A stretch of 64,000 nucleotides of DNA. Origin: a virus. The translations under genes and the position numbers were made by a program. Shown here in pieces: positions 33,807-41,930 of this stretch. Within the stretch, counting starts at the first letter, position 1. The number at the start of each line of letters is the position of its first letter. Where the stretch lies: IMG/VR virus record IMGVR_UViG_3300013132_000047, positions 4,181 through 68,180 of that record; one strand, 5' to 3'. The notes beneath the pieces are model-generated. The model was given only the letters and a program-made list of their open reading frames with translations, was not told where the DNA came from and ran no database searches.

Positions 33807-36398
33807 CTACGAACGGCAGCGCTTGCAGACGCGACCGTTGATTCGGAACGCTTCCTTCTGGTCCCGGTTTGCCACGAGGTACGTGGTGTTGCAAGACGCA
33901 CAGGTGAGGTTCCATGTACGCCGATCCATGTACACATGGCGAGCGTTTCCATCGTTGTCGATCGTCAGATCGGCCGCGATGTAGCCAAAGTTGGCCAACG
34001 CATCCATCAGGTACCGGAACGGACCAACGTCACCACCGTTTCCATCGGCTTGGGAGACGGTGATGAAGTTGTCATTCATCAGGCCAGTTGTCTTCACCGG
34101 CATCTCTTGAGCGGCCACGTACAGAGCCAGGACCAGCATGTCACGGTCGTCACCTTCACGAGCGAGGATGGCGTCCATGATGCCGGAACGGATCCGGATG
34201 TAGGCCTCCTTGGTGAGTGTTCGGGGCTTGACAGGAGGGCGTCCCACCCTACCACCTTCGGTCCACTCGTTCAAGGCATGCTGATGATCCTCGTTCATCT
34301 GCTCGTATTCCGGATGGAACCGACGACGGAAGTCGAGGACCAATTGCCTGGCCTCCACCATGAACTCACTGCCCCTGGGGAACAACGCTCTGATGGATTC
34401 ATCCACCAGACCGTGATTCTCCTCGGCGAAGACGTTGATCCTCTGATCATACTTCCCGATGGCATCTGTCATGGTCTTGGTCATCATGGACAGCTTGTCG
34501 TCGTCCACGAAGTTGACCTGATGATCCGGGTTCTCTTCCAAGAACTCCTTGAGCACCTTCCCGAACCCGTAGATACGAGTGGTGTTCCAGTAGGCCTTGG
34601 AGATTGGAAGCCCAGACGCGAGGACTTCACGGACCAGATTGGCCGAGTAGTTCAACACGAACTGAACGTCATCCGGATCGGACGAATCTACCACATCGGA
34701 CAGCATGCCCGGCATGGTAGATGGAAGGGCCTTGAACACCCAGCGATACAAGAACAAGCTGTTCACGTATGCGCCGAGAGCAGCATTCTGCCCTGACAGT
34801 CCACGGATCTGTCCCATGACATGGTCACGAGTCAGTGCCTGGATGTCGGTATTCGCAGGCTTGCCCTGACTGGGGAGCCCGGTGAAGGTGACCAAACCCT
34901 CACGGATGAGCTGACCCAGTGGCTTGGGCATCCGACCCAGATCCGACTTGGCAGACATCTGGAACGCGAACGTTTCAGTGCCCTTCGAGTCGATGTGGCG
35001 GATACCCCTGTTGCTCGTACGGAACATCCCATACGAGTCCATTGGCATGCGCCACACCAGGATCCGGTGGTTATTGTGTGAATCCCGCACGGACATCACG
35101 GTGAAATGGTCATCACCATCATGACCGCCGAAATCGACTGAATGATCGATCCAGTCGGAATCGGACAGGAACCAGACATCAGCTCCCGGATGATACTCGA
35201 TGAAACCCTTCTTGGGGGTCTTCACCTTGTATCCAGCCAGACGCAACATCGAGACCGACTTGACGGTCTTGAAGTGAGCATTCGGCAGAGGGAACCGAGG
35301 ATGGTTATTGGCATCGACCATGCTGGTACGGTGATTGGTTGCCACCGACTTGAGCATGGACGGTGATTTCCGGTAGTCGAAGCCACGTGCTGCCGCTTCG
35401 ATCACGGAATGACGGTTGAGCACCGTGTTGCCAGGGATGCCCCAATCCTTCAGCTGCTTCCACAGGAGGGATTCGACATCCACGAAACGTTCGGTGAGTT
35501 CACCGTTGAGGACCTGCTGGTACGACTGCTCCAGATGGTCATCAAGCACCTTGCTCAGCATGTCTTGGGTGAACAGCTGAGTGGTACCCCGTTCGACGGC
35601 ATGGAACCATGCGAGAGCCTGGATGTTGCTGTAGGCCTCGTTCTTGCCGCCATCTGGCTCTGCGATGATAAACCTCTTGCCGCCTTCAGTCACCTTGATG
35701 GCTGACTTGACATTGGCACGAGAGGTGTACACCATCACACCACCGGGGAGTTCACCACGAGCACGGATTGCATTGCCCTTGATGAACCCAATCTCGGTCC
35801 ACAAGCGTACGTTCATCTCACGCACGTTGTTGACCTTGCGGGTCCTGCGGTCCGTCTTGAAGGGATCCTTGTTCCCATCGACGGAGGCGGTGAGCATGTC
35901 CCAGATGTCGCCGGACAGCACGAACATGCCATCCAGGATCATCTCGACCTCGTCATCGGTGTAGGACGACAGGTCTTCATGGGTGAATGCCCGCACATCA
36001 TCAACCTCAAGAATATGAACAGTGACGTCCATATCATCAGGAAGGTAGAGGCCGCAGGTGGTCGGACGGTAAGCCTGCTTCTCGTACTTACCGTGGTTCT
36101 TGCCATTCGTGACAGTGATTCCTGCCACGGTGAATGGTGCCAACCATCCATCTACTCCGGCGTAGCTGACATACACGATGTCAGACTTGTCGACGTAGAC
36201 GTGGTTGACACGCTCGTCAGTGGCAAACTTGAGGGCCACATCGAGCTCCTCGGGAGTCCGAGGGTGAGGGAGCACACCAATGGTGTACCCCACGGCCCCG
36301 ACGAGGTCCGAGATGAAATCAGCGACGACGCGCTTCATTCCTCCCAGATCAGGCCAGGTCCGGGTTGCCCGACGTTCGGGCTTTTCCGGAGAATCCAT
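33807..36398 (-). CDS. single-subunit two-barrel RNA polymerase (YonO/QDE-1-RdRP-like), divergent
   Basis: Ordered motifs LDGMFVLS, VR..T..GFIKG, GGHDGDD, WRMP, LGAYVN, SDVVD, and a C-terminal CxxC...CxxC ribbon. Confidence 0.75.
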   Translation of the reverse strand: MDSPEKPERRATRTWPDLGGMKRVVADFISDLVGAVGYTIGVLPHPRTPEELDVALKFATDERVNHVYVDKSDIVYVSYAGVDGWLAPFTVAGITVTNGKNHGKYEKQAYRPTTCGLYLPDDMDVTVHILEVDDVRAFTHEDLSSYTDDEVEMILDGMFVLSGDIWDMLTASVDGNKDPFKTDRRTRKVNNVREMNVRLWTEIGFIKGNAIRARGELPGGVMVYTSRANVKSAIKVTEGGKRFIIAEPDGGKNEAYSNIQALAWFHAVERGTTQLFTQDMLSKVLDDHLEQSYQQVLNGELTERFVDVESLLWKQLKDWGIPGNTVLNRHSVIEAAARGFDYRKSPSMLKSVATNHRTSMVDANNHPRFPLPNAHFKTVKSVSMLRLAGYKVKTPKKGFIEYHPGADVWFLSDSDWIDHSVDFGGHDGDDHFTVMSVRDSHNNHRILVWRMPMDSYGMFRTSNRGIRHIDSKGTETFAFQMSAKSDLGRMPKPLGQLIREGLVTFTGLPSQGKPANTDIQALTRDHVMGQIRGLSGQNAALGAYVNSLFLYRWVFKALPSTMPGMLSDVVDSSDPDDVQFVLNYSANLVREVLASGLPISKAYWNTTRIYGFGKVLKEFLEENPDHQVNFVDDDKLSMMTKTMTDAIGKYDQRINVFAEENHGLVDESIRALFPRGSEFMVEARQLVLDFRRRFHPEYEQMNEDHQHALNEWTEGGRVGRPPVKPRTLTKEAYIRIRSGIMDAILAREGDDRDMLVLALYVAAQEMPVKTTGLMNDNFITVSQADGNGGDVGPFRYLMDALANFGYIAADLTIDNDGNARHVYMDRRTWNLTCASCNTTYLVANRDQKEAFRINGRVCKRCRS

Positions 36399-36468
36399 TT
36401 CATCCTCCCAGATGATGGATTGGGTGAACTACTGTTTAATCGCGCGTAGTTCGTGACGCGGCTATGAA

Positions 36469-36974
36469 CAAATTTGTATACCGCATGTAACTCTGCGGTG
36501 TAAAGCACCTAGCTCAGGTCACCAGGGTACGGGGTATTCCCCCGTGCAATGGTGTCCCATCCGATGGGTATGCACAGGTCCATGGACCAAGCGCCGTAGC
36601 ACTCGGTCTGGATCTTGATGATGACGTAGTCACCCGCCATCATGGACCTGAGCTCTTGTGGTGGCTGATGATCGGGGTTCATCCCGTTCATCAGGGTGAA
36701 CGCGTATTCTCGGATGTCGATCTCTCCCTCTTCGAGCGGGAAATCGAAGGTGTACACTTTCGTGTACGGGATTTCTTCGAGGTCAAAGGCAGTCATTTCG
36801 CCCGGTTTGAGTGTCATGGAATGGAGGATCTGTTCCGCACAGAGAACGTCGACCTCCGAATACTGCCGATAGTATATATCGACGATGATGCGTGTAGACA
36901 TATCATCCTCCTAGATGATAGTGTTGGATGTTGGCGCCACGATCAAATTTGTATACCGCATGTGGCTCTGCGGT
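36469..36974 (-). repeat. 31-bp duplicated motif (ACCGCA-loop-TGCGGT-ATACAAATTTG)
   Basis: 36469-36499 and 36944-36974, 29/31 identical; both intergenic. Confidence 0.85.
36509..36901 (-). CDS. YodL-like domain protein
   Basis: AF..MN.......LRSMMAGDYV resembles the RSlSvgDvv motif. Confidence 0.5.
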   Translation of the reverse strand: MSTRIIVDIYYRQYSEVDVLCAEQILHSMTLKPGEMTAFDLEEIPYTKVYTFDFPLEEGEIDIREYAFTLMNGMNPDHQPPQELRSMMAGDYVIIKIQTECYGAWSMDLCIPIGWDTIARGNTPYPGDLS

Positions 36975-36988
36975 TGTGCTCGGAACTA

Positions 36989-37195
36989 TCAGTCGTAATC
37001 CCTCGGATCACGAGCGTGGTAGCCCGACTCCAGGGAGTCCCGGTAGTCGTGCAGTGCGTCCTGCTCCTCTTCGTGACGACGAAGAGCGATCTCCTCGTCA
37101 TACGAGTGGTAGACGCAGTACTTCTGACCTGCAGGGACTTCATCCCCACAGATTTCCTTGTAGGGTTCACTGAACCCGTACCCACAGATGCTCAT
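36989..37195 (-). CDS. small acidic Cys-containing protein
   Basis: AAGGAGG SD then ATG (MSICGYG). Confidence 0.55.
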   Translation of the reverse strand: MSICGYGFSEPYKEICGDEVPAGQKYCVYHSYDEEIALRRHEEEQDALHDYRDSLESGYHARDPRDYD

Positions 37196-37281
37196 TGCAT
37201 CCTCCTTGCAGTGCAATGGTATTTCCACGCACAAGGAAAGGGACCGATCAAAGGACCAATCCCAAACCTTCTGCCCAGAAA

Positions 37282-37497
37282 TCAGAAATCCTCAGTGAGC
37301 TCCGAGATTTCAGCCTTCCAAGCACGCTTCTCTCGCGTGCGCAACTGCTGCCGCTCTGCCTGGCGCTTGCGGGTCTGAGCCCTCCTGTTGTGGGGGCCGG
37401 AAGCTCCGCTGAGAGTCCAGCAGCAGGGACACGGCTTGTTGTTCTTGTACAGCATGTGACCATCCAGGGCCACCTGAGCCAACATCATCTTGGCCAT
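37282..37497 (-). CDS. small Arg-rich protein (CPCC + RRAQTRKRQAERQQLRTREKRAW)
   Basis: GGGAGG SD then ATG 37497; the longer track ORF overlaps a structured RNA. Confidence 0.6.
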   Translation of the reverse strand: MAKMMLAQVALDGHMLYKNNKPCPCCWTLSGASGPHNRRAQTRKRQAERQQLRTREKRAWKAEISELTEDF

Positions 37498-37522
37498 ATA
37501 GTCATCCTCCCAGACGACAGTA

Positions 37523-37603
37523 AGTGGTTTTTTCCGGACCACTCTGAAACCGGAGTTCCCCGCGAAGGAATCGAACCTTCGAACTTCCACACCAGTGCGG
37601 GGA
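37523..37603 (-). ncRNA. armless tRNA-like minihelix + H-type pseudoknot (copy 1)
   Basis: TCCCCGC...GAAGG TTCGATT CCTTC GCGGGGA, then TCCGG/CCGGA and AGTGGT/ACCACT. Confidence 0.75.
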
Positions 37604-37608
37604 TGAGA

Positions 37609-37863
37609 TCAGAAGTCGAACTTCAATTGCTCGACTTCTTCATACGTATCAAGGTTGATGAGCGTGTCACCAACCTGGGCCCACCTGCCCGAAGCCTTTT
37701 GGCTCCTGGACTGGTCGAGTCCGGCCAACAAACCGGACAGACCAATCTTGTAGTGGACAGTACACAGGCGGTACACGAACCCATTGCGGGTAATGGTACG
37801 TCCTGAGGTCACTCCGTTCTTGCAGGAGTGACCCTTGTGTGTCTTGGCGGAGCACAGCATCAC
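37609..37863 (-). CDS. small zinc-finger-like protein
   Basis: CSAKT.KG..CKN...CTVH. Confidence 0.55.
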   Translation of the reverse strand: MMLCSAKTHKGHSCKNGVTSGRTITRNGFVYRLCTVHYKIGLSGLLAGLDQSRSQKASGRWAQVGDTLINLDTYEEVEQLKFDF

Positions 37864-38045
37864 AAGCCCCCGTTGCTACGGAGCCACTCGTTCACCTGCT
37901 CGGGATGATCTCGCATCCACTCCAGGTGCTCGTGTGACCACTTGGTGGTGATGTCGTTCCACACGATTGCCAATGCAATCATGGTCACGATCATCAGTGC
38001 CACCCCAAAGACTTGCCATGGGGTGAACTTTCCGTTGTCTTCCAT
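37860..38045 (-). CDS. small single-pass membrane protein
   Basis: AAAGGAGGTG SD then MEDNGK; one TM segment. Confidence 0.6.
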   Translation of the reverse strand: MEDNGKFTPWQVFGVALMIVTMIALAIVWNDITTKWSHEHLEWMRDHPEQVNEWLRSNGGL

Positions 38046-38203
38046 CACTTCACCTCCTTTCTGTGCTCGGTGCGACGGCACTTTTCGCACGGATCATTCG
38101 CCATCTCAATGGCGATGAGTTGGTTCGACCCCGCGTACTGCTCCAGGGCCCTTAGCTCACCCCTGCTGAAGGGGTGCCCACACCTGTGCTGGTGTGTGAT
38201 CAT
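38045..38203 (-). CDS. small CGH...CxxC protein (52 aa, not in track)
   Basis: GGGAGG SD; MITHQHRCGH...PCEKC. Confidence 0.55.
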   Translation of the reverse strand: MITHQHRCGHPFSRGELRALEQYAGSNQLIAIEMANDPCEKCRRTEHRKEVK

Positions 38204-38228
38204 GTCATCCTCCCAGATGCATGAATTT

Positions 38229-38304
38229 GAGTGGTTTTATCCGGACCACTCTGTAACCGGAGTTCCCCGCAGAGGAATCGAACCTCTGTACAACCATTCG
38301 GGGA
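38229..38304 (-). ncRNA. armless tRNA-like minihelix + H-type pseudoknot (copy 2)
   Basis: TCCCCG...CAGAGG TTCGATT CCTCTG CGGGGA, then the same pseudoknot; compensatory T-stem changes versus copy 1. Confidence 0.75.
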
Positions 38305-38382
38305 TCCAGGTTTAACCCTTAGCCTGGATGGGTGGTTGGGTTGCTCAACGCTCGGTGAGTTAACCCCAGATTGCCCAGTACG

Positions 38383-38712
38383 TCATCGCAGCCACTTGCA
38401 GGCTTGCTTGTACTTCAGGGCGAACTCGGCGTACTTGCTCAAGTACCCGTTGCCAACGAACGTCATGACCTTCTCGTGCTTGTGGAACGGGCCCGGGCGC
38501 TCATCCGTCACGGTGACGATGATCGGCTCATCAAGGGAGCCGTTCTCGAATCCCAGTTCCACCTCCCAGATGCGGCCCGACTCCCACCGCGTCTCGAAGT
38601 AGATCCCGTACCACTGCCCGTCCATCCTCTGGGGGAATCCCTCGATCTGGATGTTGACCGCTGGGATCATGAGGTTGAGCACCTTCACGTACCTACCAAC
38701 CTGTTCGAACAC
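38383..38712 (-). CDS. hypothetical protein (first gene of the GC-rich arm)
   Basis: AAGGAG SD, GTG start. Confidence 0.6.
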   Translation of the reverse strand: MFEQVGRYVKVLNLMIPAVNIQIEGFPQRMDGQWYGIYFETRWESGRIWEVELGFENGSLDEPIIVTVTDERPGPFHKHEKVMTFVGNGYLSKYAEFALKYKQACKWLR

Positions 38713-38799
38713 TGCATTCTCCTTAATGTTTCTTGTGCCCCAGTTAGGACACTCTTCAGCCTGTTAATTCAGGGACAGTGAGGGAGAGCACTGGTAAGT

Positions 38800-39394
38800 G
38801 GATACCCCAGGGTGGGGGGTGGGCTCGATATTTGTCTCAAGCACACAACAATATCCAATAGATACCCCTAAAATTTTTTTCTTTTTATATACCTCTATGA
38901 GTTTTATATATGTTTATACATCAAACGTACAGTGTGTTGTCTGTAAAATATTTTTCTCCCTATTTTTATCTCTATAAGGTATATAAACGTCTATACCCAT
39001 GGTGCGTGAATGGGTAAGGCCGGCGAAATAAACACTCAAAGTCACTTCCTCACACACTAAAGTGCCAAGAAAGACGAAAAACATACAAGGAAAGTTGAAT
39101 AAGTCCTTAAAATGTCATAGAATAGCCCGCAGAAAAGACAAATAGAGACAAAACTATCTAAACAAACACTAAAAACTACTCTAAGAAAACAAAAGTCCCC
39201 AGAAGAGCACAAAGAAGCTCTTCATACAGTGCCTACAATCATCTAGAAAGATTGAAGATTGTAAAAAGACATCTCTTCTCAGGGTTGGGCTGACCATTTT
39301 TTCAAAAATAGATTCCTCATACCTTCTGTGAAGTTGTTGGCATGACAAAAAAAACATAAAAATTCAATATTGTATCTTAAATTTAAGGGAAAAT
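38800..39394. other. composition junction and AT-rich non-coding block; candidate genome terminus/packaging region
   Basis: CCCCAGGGTGGGGGGTGGG then AAAATTTTTT and A-rich sequence; divergent genes on either side. Confidence 0.45.
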
Positions 39395-40039
39395 ATGTCT
39401 AAATCTGTGAGAAATATTATTTTTTGCTCTGATTTGTGGAAACCAGGTCATTTTTCGGTTTCTATGGAAAGAAAATTTCAACGTAGTGGTTTCAAAGTGT
39501 CGCATTTGGCTTATCCAACCTATGAGAAGGATCTTTCTATAGCAAAAATCGCTTCGATGTCGATGAAATGGGCTGAACAGATCCGCGATAGGTCGTCTCA
39601 TTGCACCTTTATTGGTCATGGTGTTGGTGGCAGGATCGGTTTGGAAATGTTGGCGCTAAATCCGGTCATTTTTGACTCTTTCGTGTCGATAGCTACACCT
39701 TATGGGCCGAGTCCTCTCGTCGCGTCTCTGAGCGAAATAGGGGCCATTCGTGACATTCTAGCGGCAGTGAGTCCATTGTCGACTGAACTAGCAAAATCTG
39801 CGGTTGTACCAGACTTCATCGCTATACCGGCGCTGTCAATTTCGGCTCAATTTGATTCGATGATCGCCAAAGAAGCCACCGCTTCGGTCATAGAAAATCA
39901 CACGACAATCTATCATTCAACTCACAGCTCAATCCTGTTGAAAGAACGAACATTCCTTGAAATCTTGGGTTGGCTTAATTACGCCGTATTTGGCCCGTAC
40001 AGCTTCGGCGGCCACGATATAGATGACGTGGTAGCCTGA
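39395..40039 (+). CDS. alpha/beta-hydrolase fold protein, nucleophile apparently lost
   Basis: FIGHGVGG (vs GHSxGG), SIATPYG, STHSSIL. Confidence 0.7.
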   Translation: MSKSVRNIIFCSDLWKPGHFSVSMERKFQRSGFKVSHLAYPTYEKDLSIAKIASMSMKWAEQIRDRSSHCTFIGHGVGGRIGLEMLALNPVIFDSFVSIATPYGPSPLVASLSEIGAIRDILAAVSPLSTELAKSAVVPDFIAIPALSISAQFDSMIAKEATASVIENHTTIYHSTHSSILLKERTFLEILGWLNYAVFGPYSFGGHDIDDVVA

Positions 40040-40066
40040 GCACTACAAGGCTCTTAGAACGCAAAT

Positions 40067-40099
40067 AAAAAGCCCCTCACACCAAAATGTGGGGGGCTT
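40067..40099. terminator. terminator between convergent genes
   Basis: AAAAAGCCCCTCAC...GTGGGGGGCTT. Confidence 0.7.
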
Positions 40100-40124
40100 C
40101 CTACTTGTAGACACACAACTGGAC

Positions 40125-40493
40125 TTACAGGCTGTAACGATCCTTTGTCACATCAACAATGACATCTTCAACACTACAACCACTCATAGTCGCCACTTCA
40201 TGGACCATCTTCCACTGTTCTTCTGTAAAAATCACAGGCAGGGCATAACCACCAGGAGTAGTCACCCAAATGAAATACACCTGAGGATCGGAACTTGTCT
40301 CATTCCAGGTACCCAGCTCATCATCCAACGTTTTAAAAATATTGGGCGCCGTAAAATCGGTCGAACTACCACTAAAAAGCGAACTTCGACCGAAACCCTT
40401 CAAAAAAGGAGGCTCAAAATTAAAAAAAAGTAAAACGAGGTCGATGAAATTCATAAACACCTTCAGTGTCAAATACTCCAACGAAAACAACAA
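40125..40493 (-). CDS. hypothetical protein
   Basis: ORF of up to 122 aa. Confidence 0.5.
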   Translation of the reverse strand: MLFSLEYLTLKVFMNFIDLVLLFFNFEPPFLKGFGRSSLFSGSSTDFTAPNIFKTLDDELGTWNETSSDPQVYFIWVTTPGGYALPVIFTEEQWKMVHEVATMSGCSVEDVIVDVTKDRYSL

Positions 40494-40501
40494 CTACAAA
40501 A

Positions 40502-40717
40502 TCAGCCCTCAGTAGCCTTAGGCCTACCTGGCCCCTTCTTCGCGGGGTCCTTCGCAACCCCAGCAGTGGTCTTCTTCGCAGCAGTCTTCTTAGGCGCAGC
40601 TTTCGGAGCGGCACTAGGAGCCTCAGCAACAGGCGCTGGCTCAGCAGCAACCTCAACCTTAGCAGTAGTGTCACCAGAAACACCTACACCAAGAAGCCTC
40701 TTCAATCTATTAAACAT
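40502..40717 (-). CDS. histone-H1-like Lys/Ala-rich protein with an AT-hook-like motif
   Basis: PKAAPKKTAAKK...KKGPGRPK. Confidence 0.6.
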   Translation of the reverse strand: MFNRLKRLLGVGVSGDTTAKVEVAAEPAPVAEAPSAAPKAAPKKTAAKKTTAGVAKDPAKKGPGRPKATEG

Positions 40718-40935
40718 GTATAACCTTTCAGTATGTGCGTTTCTTTTTAGGTTTCCTCTTAGGAGTCATAGACACCGTTTTAGGAGGCGAAACCCTAATG
40801 ACCTTCTTGATAGGATTCATTTACCTTTAGGTTTCCTTTTCTTCATAGGCCGGAACGACATCGAACCAGCCGGTTTACCGTAACCTACGGAAGAACTCTT
40901 ACCGTAGCCTACAGACCTTTTACCACCAGACTTCT

Positions 40936-41481
40936 TCATCGCTTCTTCTTCGGCTTAGGTTTTGACTTACCCGAAGAAACTTTTCTATACGTAGCTAAAG
41001 CCATCTGTTGCACCTCGAAATATTCTAGTTGTTCTTTAGATAGTAAATCAATTACAAGCTTTCCCTCCAAATGGTCAACTTCATGTTGGAAGATGCGGCC
41101 AAGCAGACCAGAAGCCTCCAACTCAAAACTCTCACCATTCTTATCCAAAGCTTCAATCAATATAGTATTGGGTCTTTCCACCGGAAAGTAAAAACCCGGA
41201 ATAGATAAACAACCCTCATCATACAAGAACATGTCATCTGAGTACTCTTTGATAACTGGATTTATAAAAAATTTGTGACGCCTGTTTTTAAGATCTATAT
41301 AACCAAAAATTGGCAGTTCAAAACCAAGCTGATTTGCCGCCAACGCAAAACCATTACAAATAGGAAGCCTAATTGACATTTTCCATATAGCATCCAAAAC
41401 GTCCTGATCGATAGTGTCGATAGAATCAATCTTCTTTCTCAAAAATTCGTTAGGATACCTAATTAGCCGTATCTTATCCAT
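40936..41481 (-). CDS. def: peptide deformylase
   Basis: GFALAANQLG, EGCLSIPG, QHEVDHLEG. Confidence 0.95.
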   Translation of the reverse strand: MDKIRLIRYPNEFLRKKIDSIDTIDQDVLDAIWKMSIRLPICNGFALAANQLGFELPIFGYIDLKNRRHKFFINPVIKEYSDDMFLYDEGCLSIPGFYFPVERPNTILIEALDKNGESFELEASGLLGRIFQHEVDHLEGKLVIDLLSKEQLEYFEVQQMALATYRKVSSGKSKPKPKKKR

Positions 41482-41920
41482 GGTGACGCTTAAAAAATCC
41501 TACCATATCGCTACAAACACCCGCAGCTTGGCTAACATCGTCATCTAGGATCTCAGGCAACACAGCTATACTGTCATGAATCGGTTGCATGCCGGGATAT
41601 GCCCACAGAAACCCCTTGCTTGTTAAAGTGACATCATCTTTTTGATGCCAAAAGCAATTGAGCATCCTATATTTTTTAAGTGCAACTAAAGCCTCATAGT
41701 TTTTGCAATGAAGCCATAAATGTTTAGAGTGATGCATTATCCATGCAAAAGGAATCTTATATTGCGCCTCATAATGTCCAAGATAAAATTTGCTATCAAT
41801 TAAACGTATATCGACCTCCGCATCAAAGCCCGACTCTATAGCGGCATTTATGTACTCAGGTCTATTTTCATCTTTTTGATTGGGGCCGTCAATATTGCCC
41901 CTATGTGAAATAAAAATCAT
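41474..41920 (-). CDS. GDPD/PLC-like phosphodiesterase-fold protein
   Basis: ISHRGN...EN...GFDAEVD...LGH...LWLHCKN. Confidence 0.75.
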   Translation of the reverse strand: MIFISHRGNIDGPNQKDENRPEYINAAIESGFDAEVDIRLIDSKFYLGHYEAQYKIPFAWIMHHSKHLWLHCKNYEALVALKKYRMLNCFWHQKDDVTLTSKGFLWAYPGMQPIHDSIAVLPEILDDDVSQAAGVCSDMVGFFKRHHG

Positions 41921-41930
41921 TTACACCCTT

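Noticed and set aside
33768-37806. Long plus-strand ORFs (e.g. 33768-34796, 36656-37378; likewise 24570-25154 and 30956-31705)
   Set aside because: Antisense shadows of GC-rich minus-strand genes, with no SD or recognisable motifs.
27650-38304. CRISPR array or IS/MITE interpretation of the repeats
   Set aside because: Only 2-4 copies per family, irregular spacing with whole genes between them, and no cas or transposase genes or target duplications.
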